Position numbers and translations under genes: made by a program
Notes under the pieces: model-generated
Told to the model about the DNA's origin: nothing
The model's input: the letters and a program-made list of their open reading frames with translations, nothing else
Database searches by the model: none
Origin: Octopus sinensis
Lineage: Eukaryota
Length of the DNA stretch: 64,000 nt
NCBI RefSeq assembly: GCF_006345805.1
Contig: NC_042997.1
Coordinates: 11,842,001-11,906,000, forward strand
Reading direction: 5' to 3'
Shown: in pieces, positions 52,481 through 64,000 of the stretch
How the letters are laid out: each line of letters opens with the position of its first letter
How positions within the stretch are numbered: the first letter of the stretch is position 1

Positions 52481-53453
52481 TGATATGTATAACCCCTTAT
52501 AGTGTTTCACTGGGTAACGAATTATATATACCATTTAAGAAATGTTCCTCGGACGAGTTTTCAGTTTCCATCTTAAAGATTTCCTAATGTTTTGATTGAT
52601 CTAGCACTATATGAGAATGCAGTTTCCTACTTCACACGGTAAAACGTTATGTCTACCGCTCAAGAGCATAAACGTTCTTCTGACGGGATCCTATGCTAAT
52701 GCCGTCATAAATATTTTATGGTGCTTTAAATGACCTAGCGTTATGTTAGAAATAATTTTCCATCGTACCTCAGAGCCAAATCCAACTTAAAATAATGTAG
52801 TTGCGAAGCTCTTAACCACAAGACCAAGCATTCTTATTGCAATCAATTTGTCTTTATTATAAAAGCAAGCACAAATAACTTTGAACAAAATATATTTTTA
52901 AACTGATCTGTCCTTCGTCTCTTTGAAAGCTAGAGAGAGAGAAAAAAGATATTAGTAAATTATAATTCATAGTTTCAACTAAATCCAACATTTTTATAAT
53001 TGTTTATAATTATAATTACATTTTTTTATAATTGTCTCATAATTATATGTGGCGCTGTTGGCATAATTGATAGCAATATAGTAACTTTGATAAAAGCGTC
53101 GACATCTCGTTGTTTCTATCTCGTTTCATTGTCCAAGTCTACTTTCTGATGATCTAGTTGAGCTAAATGCTAGAAATAAACTCCAAGTGTTATAACGCTC
53201 ATTCAAGTACTTATTTCTTTCTAATTTTTGGCAAAGGATATAATAGAGGTGGAAAGTTAATTATGTCGACCCTGGTTCTCAGTTGATTTTATAGACCCTT
53301 AAATGATGAAGGACAAAAGGAAAGTAAACCTCGGCGGCATTTGAACTCAGAACGTTGAAGCACTAATAAACACTAATATTAAGTATTGTATACAATATGG
53401 TAAGCTGGCAGAATCGTTAGCAGGCAGTACAAAATGCTTAGCGGTATTTGTCA

Positions 53454-54130
53454 GCTTGGCACGCCGGGATTGACGCGGCCAGCTTCCAGTAACCTGACTT
53501 CGAAGTCTATCTAAATCAACGATGGATATGGCAAATTTGTGGTCTCTGTAACCGACGATTTTAAAAAGGCAACAACTTATACTATCCTTGTCTACCGACC
53601 TACAGACTGCTCTATCTAGATATGACCTTGATGACCCGATATGATACTGGTAAATCCAGGAAATCTAGTCGGTACCTGTCAGATAGTTAAAATACTAGGC
53701 AGTTCTACGAGGTTTTTGCGACCAATTTTCTAACACTTAGCCCCACACAATCAAAACGTGCGTCTAAGAATGCGCTCAAATCACCAATTAGCACTATAGG
53801 TCGACACGGTCCCAGGAAAGCCTCCAGAAATCTGAAGAAATCTGTTAGTCTTGCCCCTGTCGGAGCATAAACAGCTACGAGACTGAAGGCAACCCTGTCA
53901 CTACTGTCCACATGTAAGACCACCAACGTACCTTCTAAATCCAGGAAGATAGTCCCTATTTTCAGATCCTGAGGTTCCACCTCCAAGAGAGGGCATGAAA
54001 GCTCCTCAGTCGGAGGGTCTGGTTTCACAGACCTGAAACAATTGAAGAGGCGACTTTCTTTCCAAGGCAACCCCATGTTATACGCATTTATACTGCCTAT
54101 TTTGAGCAAGGCCATGTTTGTTAGAGACAA
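53454..54130 (-). mobile_element. L1/Tx1 ORF2 APE endonuclease remnant
   Basis: LKIGSINA...GTLVVLHV...LVAVYAPTG...PIVLIGDLSAFLDARFD...GYWKLAAS. Confidence 0.85.
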
Positions 54131-54320
54131 CGATGCTTAAGTCAATCATTTGCCCTAGTTCTCTGGAGATTCAGTTGTTCTGTCCTGGCTAGATGTAGGT
54201 GTCTCTACAAGTATTTCTTTGTCAAAGCTTTTATTTATGTTCCTACGGAAATCTTCCATCCCTTTGGAATGCTTTGCTTTTAGTTTGTTGCTTTCTTTTT
54301 ATTATTTTTATGTGAAAAAA

Positions 54321-54540
54321 GCGGTTAGCTGGCAGAATTGTTAGTGCGCCGGAGGGAATGTTTAGCGACATTTCGCCTGCTGCTACGTTCTGAGTTCTCG
54401 TTCCGCCGAGATCGACTTTGCCATTCATTCTTTCGGGGTCGACAAATTAAGTACCAGTGAAACACTGGGGTCGATGTAATCGCGTAGTCTCCTTTCCTAA
54501 AAAACTTCAGGCCGTGTGCCTATAGTAGAAAGGGTTATTT
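54321..54540 (+). mobile_element. SINE family M, tail type 2
   Basis: Standard head and core; tail ggccgtgtgcctatagtagaaaggg. Confidence 0.8.
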
Positions 54541-54599
54541 TTATGCGAATAGTCTTGTGCCGCTCTTTTCATTTTGTAATTGTTTTCTCTCTCCTTTCA

Positions 54600-55440
54600 C
54601 CAGGATCCATTCTGGTAGATTTCCGAAACTGTTTTACTCGCTAGTCGAGTTTTCATAGTCGGAAAAATCTGTGGCAGGTGGGACGGATATGTCTGCACAG
54701 TCACACATTTCTAGGTAGGTGGTCTGGATGACTGGTGTGAGTGAGGGCTTGTCTTGGTTGCGATGGTGTAGGTGTTTTAGTTTTCCTCGGGTGTGGTTCC
54801 GCTGCTCGGTGCTGATGTTGTTGAATGGATTTCTTCTGCTGCTCTTTCTATTGACGCTTTTGTTGTTTTGGCTTTTGATGATGTTGCTCATGGCATTGAT
54901 GCCGTGGGTGTTCTTGTTGTTGGTGTTGTTGTTGTTTTTGTTGTTGTTATTGTTGTGTTGGAGGTGTCTGCAGTAGCATGTTTTTTTTCTTTTCTTAGCA
55001 TCCTTTGATTCCCCACAAATGTAGCATCTCAGTTTTATCCCCCCTATTGCTACAAATAACTGTGTTTCATTACGTAGGTTGATCAGGTGAGGGATGACTT
55101 CGATGAGCTTCTAACCACAATTCAATGCTTGCATCTGACAAATTCTCCTCTCCCATTTTGTGCACTGTCAGAACTTTTATTCTGTCTTCTATAATACGTC
55201 TGCTACAAGCAAAGAGATGTCCACATCTGATGCCACTTCCGCTACCTTTATTTTGACTAGCCACAGACAGAGGTATGTCGGAATTAACCATATTCATTCA
55301 CTCTTGGGGCGGGGGGCTTGTGACATTTTCTTTTGTTTCTTCTTCGGTGCCAAAGCTTCTCCCAACGGTAACAATTTTTTATAAGCCAGACAAGTCTCGG
55401 GCATTTTTTGATCTGGGTCTCCTTCGCTTGCTCTAACCTT
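54600..55440 (-). mobile_element. possible ORF1 remnant of the same Tx1 element
   Basis: Broken basic and low-complexity frames just upstream of and co-oriented with the APE; assignment is positional only. Confidence 0.4.
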
Positions 55441-55472
55441 CTCGTCTTTAATTATATACATACATACATACA

Positions 55473-55552
<80 letters not shown>

Positions 55553-55775
55553 AATAAATATTAGGGAATAAATCCAAATTTACAGGGAAAAATCAGATTT
55601 AGGATTGAATCCAATTTTATAGTAAAATATTATATTATATTAAATTAGAGACAAAACCACTATTATGCAACACACACACACACACACACACACGCACATA
55701 TATATATATATATAATTTCGTTTTTGGATTTGGTTTGCAAGATTCTTTATATGAGTTCGTGTGTTGAAGCACATT

Positions 55776-55894
55776 CTGTTGTGTCTGGGGAGAGTCATTT
55801 TCTTTTTGTGCCTTATTATTTAAAACACTCACCGGTAAAATTTCCACTTAAATGATAAGCCACAATAGAAAATGACTCTCCCCAGACACAACAG
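55776..55894. repeat. fold-back, about 28-bp arms
   Basis: ctgttgtgtctggggagagtcattttct / agaaaatgactctccccagacacaacag; same family on - at about 38640-38692. Confidence 0.85.
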
Positions 55895-55906
55895 TATATA
55901 TATATA

Positions 55907-55951
<45 letters not shown>

Positions 55952-56254
55952 TATATATATATATATATAATGTTTTCTTTTAATTAGTGTCTTCTTGCGT
56001 TTCATACGGTGTGTTAAGGAAGACTGTTTCACCATTCTTTATTAAATGAACATTAGCGTCGCTCAACAGTTTTTGTGTCAACTCAATGTTATTCTATTTT
56101 CCGACACCTTGTGAAAAACCGTTCCCATTCTGCTTAGAAAAAAAAAGAACGGCCGCTGTTCTCGTGGTATTAATGCTTGTTGTGGTGGTAGCACCGACAG
56201 CGGTGGTGGTGGTGTTGGTGTTTATGATAGTGTTTGCGTCATTTTAAAATATAT

Positions 56255-56478
56255 ATTTCTTTACTACCCACAAGGGGCTAAACACAGAGGACACAAACAA
56301 GGACAGACAGACGGATTAAGTCGACTACATCGACCCCAGTGCGTAACTGGTACTTAATTTATCGACCCCCGAACGGATGAAAGGCAAAGCCAACCTCGGC
56401 GGAATTTGAACTGAGAACGTAACGGCAGACGAAATACGGCTACGCATTTCGCCCGGTGTGCTAACGTTTCTGCCAACT
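56255..56478 (-). mobile_element. SINE family M, full length, 16-18-bp TSD
   Basis: cgtcattttaaaatatat at 56237-56254 and 56479-56496. Confidence 0.9.
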
Positions 56479-56577
56479 CGTCATTTTAAAATATATCTTA
56501 CTCATCACTGCTGCTGCTTCTGTTGTTGTTGTTTTTGCTGTTGCTGCTGACTTTGCTTCGTTTTTCGACCACATTAA

Positions 56578-56899
56578 AGACTCCGCCGGTTACGACGACG
56601 AGGGTCCCAGCTGATACGATCAACGGAACAGCTTGCTCGTGAAATTAACGTGCAAATGGCTGAGCATTCCACAGACACGTGTACCCTTAACGTAGTTCTC
56701 GGGGATAATCAGCGTGACACAGAGAGTGACAAGGCTGACCCTTTGAAATACAAGTACAACTCATTTTTGCCAGCTGAGTGGACTGGAGCAACGTGAAATA
56801 AAGTGTCTTGCTCAAGGACACAACGCGTCGCCGGGAATCGAACTCACAACCTTACGATCATGAGCCGAATGCCCTAACCACTAAGCCACGCGCCCTCAC
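56578..56899 (-). mobile_element. tRNA-derived SINE, CephSINE-like, 12-bp TSD
   Basis: TSD cgaccacattaa at 56566-77 and 56900-11; tRNA head and CORE-like part shared with 20945; distinct 3' domain recalled as Ceph-type (unverified). Confidence 0.8.
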
Positions 56900-57206
56900 C
56901 GACCACATTAACTAGTGGTGCGAACACAATATCAAAGCGGCTATTCCAACAGCTATCGTTTCCTTCAATTTGGGAAGGATATTAATATTCTTTGTTCTAA
57001 AACATTACATTTCCAACTTTAAATCTCAAAATTCGCCCTTGAACGGCGAATCCTTGCCTGAACAGCTCGCCTCGCTTACGACGACCTTGGGTTATTTAGT
57101 TAACTGTTAGAAGAGCAAATTTTAAAGAAAACTTATAAACCACGAACAGATTTATGTATATATGTTTGCAAGGAAACTGCTATCTACAGTGCTACATCTT
57201 TCTCAG

Positions 57207-57352
57207 TGAGTAACTGGTACTTATTTAATCCGACCGAACGGAGGAAAGGCAAAGTCGGCCTCGGTAGGACTTGAACTCAGACCGTAAAGGCGAACGAAGC
57301 GCCGTTAAGCATTTTGCCCGGCGTGCTAATGATTCTGCCAGATCACCGCTTT
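57207..57352 (-). mobile_element. SINE family M, 3'-truncated
   Basis: Head and core present, tail absent. Confidence 0.75.
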
Positions 57353-57362
57353 AATAATAATA

Positions 57363-57394
<32 letters not shown>

Positions 57395-57451
57395 AATAAT
57401 AATAATAATAATAATAATATTAATAATAATAATATTAATAATAATAATAAT

Positions 57452-57486
<35 letters not shown>

Positions 57487-58027
57487 TAATAATAATCTCT
57501 TTCAACAGCACGCGGACGAACTTACAGTGAAGAATATAATGGTATCGATTATGGAAAGATGAATTTCTCAGGCACTGTCGGCAATATTCATCCATAAATT
57601 ATGAATTTAGAGAACCTATACGAATGCACTTAATCACCTATATATATCTTGTTGCAGTTCATGCATAATAAATTACTACGATTGCAGATTTATGTACATA
57701 TGTTTGCAAGGAAACTGCTATCTACAGTGCTACATCGTTCTCAGCAAGATATCGATAGACCATGCATATAAATACTACATGCACAGAACATATATTTCCA
57801 CATTATTACATAAAAACGTACAGGCACACCAATGGATGCACAAACTTATGCATGTACTCAGACACGCGCAAAGATGGCGGACGTTCTCGTTGAGAAACTC
57901 ACCCAGCCACTAACATAGTAGATTTCTCTAGAGCTTGATATTTTCTTTCCCTTTCGTTCAATTTCTTTGCCATATACAGAGCGACACTCACAAACACTTG
58001 CTAACACACACACACACAGAGACACAG

Positions 58028-58060
<33 letters not shown>

Positions 58061-59878
58061 GATACACACACACACACACACACACTCACACGAATAAATT
58101 TAAAGAAATTAAAATATTTAAACTGCAGTTACTGTCGGATACACCAGATAATTCAAAAACTTTAATAACACCCTTCCCGCTGGGTTTCGAAACTTCAACT
58201 CCAAATCACTATACAATAATGCTATGCACCTTCTCACACACAAGCTGCTGACGTCACTTATCACTAGACCAATGAAATTTTACCTCCTATCAGAACTGGA
58301 ATTTCACAAAAAAATATACCTGACGCCTTAAGAGAATCAGCCATTAGCCAAAAGCTAATGTCTGAGTCTCTACAGAGAAGTCAACCAAACAAAACGCCAA
58401 ACTTGACCTAAACAAAAACAGGTTCTTTATCAAATAAAATGACGCCACGAAACCTACTACCAATCGAAACTTGTTCCTATGTACAGGGAACCAACCAACC
58501 AACTAACCAAAACATTAAAGCCAAAACCAAATCTATTTTTTGACCAAAAGCATCCAGCAGAAAGAATAAGACGTCATCAAAATTATAACGAATCAAAAAT
58601 TTGTTCTTTTCGCGTAAAAACATATGTATACACAAGGAATTCTGTGATTCCCAGAAAACTCCGTTAAAAGCGAAGATCCTAGAACGCGACGGAAAAAGGA
58701 AATACACGCACGACAACAGAAATTTAAAATATTTTCCTCTCTCTTGTCCACGTATTCTATAATAACTCAATATGACCGAACTTTTAGTTATGTACATTTA
58801 TTATATTCTTCGCCGAATATTTACTTTGATATTATCTATCGCCGTGAAACTCATTGAATTTTATGTGAACATTTGATCGTTTAAAAATGCTTCTTCGATT
58901 TCTACATCGAAATTTTAAACTCTGTTGAAATTCCATTGTTTTATATACATTTGTACCATTCACAAACAAAAAAAAACTGTTGGAACTTGTTTGCTATGTA
59001 TGTGAATAAATCTATTTAAAAACAACTACACGTTTTTCAAATTCAGGTGCACTTAAAAAAAATTCTCTTATGCATGCATACATACATATATGCATACAGA
59101 TATTTTCATCCCTTACCTTCTTTTGCGATAGTAATATAATCCTATTTTACTGATATACCCATTCCTCATCTTAAAATCTTTCACGCATTCAGGCAAAGAT
59201 TCCTAGTTCGGTCGAAAATAATGAGATGCTACAATAAAACCAATATTTTCATTAATATCGATATTTGCATTTATACATGTATTTTAAGGGTTTATTCTTT
59301 CATATTCTTAAATTAGACTGATGTCTATTTAACTGTGATGATACACACTTAACTGTTGTAGAGATATGATTAGATACTTGGGGTCTTTGTTGTTTTCAGT
59401 TGAAGTAAAGAAATGATCACAAAACACGTGCATCCATTATCTTAATATTTAAGAGCTCGGCGAGATTGTAGAAAATAACGTAAAAATAACCCCATTAAAA
59501 CAAGAAACAAAGATGCCCCACCCGAAACATGCAAGAAACATAAAGTCAATATATTGTGAGTCTATTTTTCTACAAGAAATAGAATTAATTATACATACAC
59601 ACCCAAATACGTATGTATGTAACTGTGCTTCATTTTTTTCCTTTACAGAAATCAAGCCGCTTACTAACAAAGAAATATCGTTCGTTTCTTCAATTCAAGA
59701 CAGCACTACAAGTTTGTGCTTATCTGAATTGCTTGATATGTGTGTATATGTGATCGTCACAATAAAATATTTCAGTAACATGTTTGGTTGCTATTTATAG
59801 ACATACATACATACATACATACATAATACATACATACATATATATATATTATATATTACATATATAAATACATATTCA

Positions 59879-60220
59879 TCTTAATATATAAAATCCTTTC
59901 TGTCTGTCTGTCTGTTTGTGCGTTTATATTTCAAGTATTGTTCATCTGATCGCGCTAAATTTTAAACATGGATACATGAGAGACCGGGGCGTTCCGTAAG
60001 CTAAACAGAATATCAAAACAGTTAGTTGCAAGGTGAGAATCGCTATTTTTGTGATCTTTTTCTCCTGTTTGTTCTGCAATTAAAATCAACCAGTTGCTCA
60101 GACAGCCGGCACGTACCATTTAGCCATCAACAAGGGGAGTGTAGGATGACAGTCAGCCACAACCGTCGCTATGCTGTCTCTCTTATGACGTCCAATCCCA
60201 ATTGAAGTTCTATATATACA
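59879..60220 (+). mobile_element. probable non-autonomous Helitron 5' part
   Basis: a|TCttaatatataaaa start followed by (CTGT)n; 3' end not identified. Confidence 0.4.
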
Positions 60221-60775
60221 TTGTGTTAAGATTCGTTATCAATCAATTATCCTTATTAAGAAGAAACAGTAAAAAATAACGACCACATAGAATCACCAAA
60301 CATCTCCACTACTTAACACCGTCCAAGGTAACCCTCTTCACCTTTAGAGCCGACATGGAAAGCTATGCAAAAAAGAGAAAAAAATTGATTGCTATTAAAA
60401 CGCGTTAAAATTTAGGGCTAATAATCTTAATCTTTAGTTACAGTTTATCATTCAAACTACATAATATACAGAATTGTGGGATTAAGAGAGTAGAATGCTT
60501 TGAGGGCGATTTGGCTGCTATTTCTACCAGGTCTAGCTACCATGTAGATGTCTCCTTCATTGGCTCATACGAACATATATACATAAAATCGAAATAAAAT
60601 TCTTAAAGTAACAGTAGTCAACTACAAAAGCCAAGGTCCATGCAGTATCATGGGTCAAAAAACTTCCAACTTCTTGCCTAATGCGATCCCAGGGCAATCT
60701 CTTATCTCAGACTATTTCAGTATTATGTCTCTATTCTAAGTGAGATAATACTTTCAATTTGAAAGAAGTCTGTCC

Positions 60776-60808
<33 letters not shown>

Positions 60809-61156
60809 ATATATTATATATATATATATAATATATATATATATATTCCTTATGCATTACAAATTTTGACGTATGGGGCATCAAAAGATTCAATACAATA
60901 GTATTGAATCGCCTACAAATTAAACTTAAGTTCCATTTACATATTTGAATTTCAAAAATTTAACATTATAATCTTTTCCATAAATCGACTATCGTAAACA
61001 TTTTATACGATGATGTCATATTTTCTATATGTGTGTGTACCTTAAAAGACATCAATCATCACGACACACACGTTCACTCACTCACTGTGTCACACTTTTT
61101 CAGTCTCTTTCACTCTCTCTCATACATACGCGCATGCAGGCAGGCACGCACATACA

Positions 61157-61246
<90 letters not shown>

Positions 61247-61583
61247 CATTTCATATAGACGTACATACATCGTTCACTTTCTTTCTCTGTCCTTTTCGCC
61301 TTTTCTTCTTTCAATTTCCGCTTTCTTCAAATAAATTTTTACGAAATCAACAGGAGAAACACAGAAAAGATGTAATCACTTTAGAAAAAAGTATAAAGCA
61401 AGGCAGATTGTAGAAAACCGAAGGCAAAAGTCTGAAGGTAGATGAGATTTTCTCAAGATCGGCAAATGCATGTTACAGCACTTAATGCTGGATCATTAAA
61501 TCAATGATTTAATGATTAAACAGAGGTCCAGTTGAATAGCTTTCAGAAACAAAGTACGTACAAATTCGTTTTTGACAACTCCT

Positions 61584-61857
61584 GAAGCTGTTTTCAGATA
61601 TGATGCATCCCATTCTTATAAAAATGATAACTCTGTCCAAATTGGTGTGCTAAACACAAATTGTCATTTATGTAGAGCTTTAAATTTTCAAATGAAACCA
61701 ATGGTGTGTGCTGCTCAGGCAGTCAGGTGACATTGCCAGCACTACCAGCTCCTTCTCAACCTCTTATAAATCTTGTAGAAGCCACTTCTATCCAGTCAAA
61801 GGATTTTATGGTCAATATCAGACAATACAAATCTGCATTTCAAATGATATCGTTTTT
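61584..61857 (+). mobile_element. Helitron RepHel N-terminal Zn-finger remnant
   Basis: AVFRYD...VQIG..NCHF/CRAL/FSNETNGVCCSGSQVTLP...FMVNIRQYKSAFQMISF. Confidence 0.85.
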
Positions 61858-62650
61858 TGAACAAAATTATCCAGCAGAAAGAATAAGACGTCATCAAAAT
61901 CAACTGTATTTCTGGAGAACCTAAGCATTTCTGTTTCCATACAATTCTGTTTATTCATATACCAGTGCCCCAAAGATAATTTGAACAAATGAACGTCTAT
62001 AGCCTGGCTATAAGAGCTACAGGTTTCTGCATAAGAGTTTCCACAATATTTGAAGAGCCTTTCTGTATTCACCGCGCAACTAATCACCACAATGTTGTAG
62101 AAGTTTGCTCACTGTTCGGTATAGCAATATTTGACTGTTGTATTTACATCGGGTTTTTAATTATATTGGAATGCTTAATCGGTATAATTTATCTTTAAAG
62201 GCTCGGTCACGTCCTTTTTCTGATGTGACTTTGGTGTAGCAGTTAGAATAATCGCTGCTGCCAATAACATTCTGGGTCGTTTTAGAAGCAATGTTGCGTT
62301 TCATAGGAAGGTAGTATTTGGTGAAATTTTGGGACAGCCGCTTATGCTATGACTGATACCTGCCACACCTGTATGGCAAAATGGACACTGTCTTTTACAG
62401 CGTTGTTGTTCTGGTGTTTAGCTGTTATTCCCTGTTCTTGGATAGCAAAAGCATACCCTTCTTGATGGCATGTGATGTATTTATTGTATGTCCAGGAGAG
62501 GCTACTCGTCCTATTGGCGCTGTTACCATTCTCTAGCTTGTATGATATGCGCCCATGTTTAATTTTCTGGTAAGTATTTCTATTCCAATTTTCTGTTTAA
62601 GCTTGTCAGGGCAGACACACTTGGTTGACATAGCGCTTCTATTCTCCCCG
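61858..62650 (-). mobile_element. heavily decayed repeat, possibly a PLE 3' region
   Basis: Shares ccagcagaaagaataagacgtcatcaaaat with about 58553-58583; no intact motif. Confidence 0.3.
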
Positions 62651-63031
62651 AGGAATTTTTCAGGTCATTGCCTTATTTTATGGTGTTATTTCATTCACTG
62701 TGGAGTATACATGTGAAGTACTCACTCATCTCATTCTTGTTCAGTAGATGTTCTCAAGGATCGTATGTATGCATGTATGAAAATATATATGGCTCCCACC
62801 TGGCAATTTCTATGTCTTAAAATGGTAAAAGTCCAATCTTTCTGCTGATTTCACGGCTGTACTGCCATCGGAAGGTTACTTTCTTATATATATATGCATC
62901 TATCTATCTACCTATCTATTTATCTATCTATCTATCTATCTATCTATATATATATATATATAATATATATATATATATTATATATATAATATATATATAT
63001 ATATATATTTCGAGAGAAGATTTTTTTTCTC

Positions 63032-63174
63032 AAAGAGTGTAGATTGAGAACTGAACCTTTTTAGAAAGTCGAAAAGCACTAACCTTTGGGAAGAGATATC
63101 ACGAAATGTGTGTGGCTCCAAGATTAGTGCCTTTTGACGTTCTAAAAAGGTTCCTTTCTCAATCTTAACTCTTT
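63032..63174. repeat. fold-back between (TA)n runs
   Basis: About 58-bp imperfect arms aaagagtgtagattgagaa...cactaacctttgg / ccaagattagtgcc...ttctcaatcttaactcttt. Confidence 0.8.
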
Positions 63175-63245
63175 CAGATAAAAATGTTCTCTCCAAATAT
63201 AACTATATTAAGGAATTTCTGAAACACTCCGACTATATATATATA

Positions 63246-63305
<60 letters not shown>

Positions 63306-63656
63306 TATGTTTCTTTACTGGCTACACATGGCTGAACACAGGGGGGTCAAAATATAAAGTAGAGCTTCTCTTTTGGAGAAGGAGAAGTGTTTTTTTTTAT
63401 TGGTGTATTGACCCTGCCAAAACACAAAATTTGTTTCATCGCACAAATTCACCATCTTGCCTATAGATGCACGGACACATATACTTAAACATATAGAATC
63501 ACACGCATACATACACACATATATATGCATGCATATTTTTTGTATGTGTGCAGACGTATACACATACGTATATGCATATATACATATATATATATTTAGG
63601 TATAATAAGAACAATGGATATACAGATTTATGTTTATATATATGTATGTATATGTA

Positions 63657-63693
<37 letters not shown>

Positions 63694-63718
63694 ATATAGA
63701 TGCATATATATGTATATA

Positions 63719-63749
<31 letters not shown>

Positions 63750-64000
63750 GGGAGAGAGAGAGAGAGAGACAAACATGGAGATGCATAGAAAAATACATGC
63801 ATACGCTCCCATATGAAATGTTTTGACATGTTTTTGTGATATATATATGTAATTTTATAAGCATACAATTCTGTATGAGTGTATATATATATGCTAGTTG
63901 CAAACATATGTGCTTTCACATACATGTAAAAAATAACACCAATGTTTGGGGACATAGAAGAGGGAAAGAGATGATAAAGGAAAGGAAGGAGAGAAAATGA

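Noticed and set aside
59454-59711. Two exon-like segments with a good gtgagt donor and tttacag acceptor
   Set aside because: Joining at the best sites creates T|AA (stop); the alternative phase needs a weak donor.

Overview
AT-rich, microsatellite-dense eukaryotic DNA. The SINE families and repeat content suggest a coleoid cephalopod, probably Octopus; this is inference from recalled families, not a database match. No intact host gene is recognisable, only a few weak candidate exons. The window is mostly decayed transposons: RTE LINEs (four, one BovB-like and one unusually GC-rich), L1/Tx1 pieces, four stacked R4/Dong-like RLE retrotransposons among (AAT)n tracts, a 3.2-kb Naiad-type Penelope-like element (PLE), Tc1/mariner and Helitron remnants, and at least four tRNA-derived SINE families. 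Main observations: (1) seven hammerhead-ribozyme motifs from about five sequence families, most with a palindromic helix III, including one near-perfect type I hammerhead at 14713-14812; (2) nine fold-back mini-elements, mostly in or beside (TA)n, one a tail-to-tail double hammerhead and one a perfect 110-bp palindrome; (3) a covariation-supported 3'-UTR hairpin shared by three Dong-like families; (4) a SINE 3' tail matching the 3' end of an L1/Tx1 element. All structures and alignments were worked out by hand, and most element boundaries are approximate.
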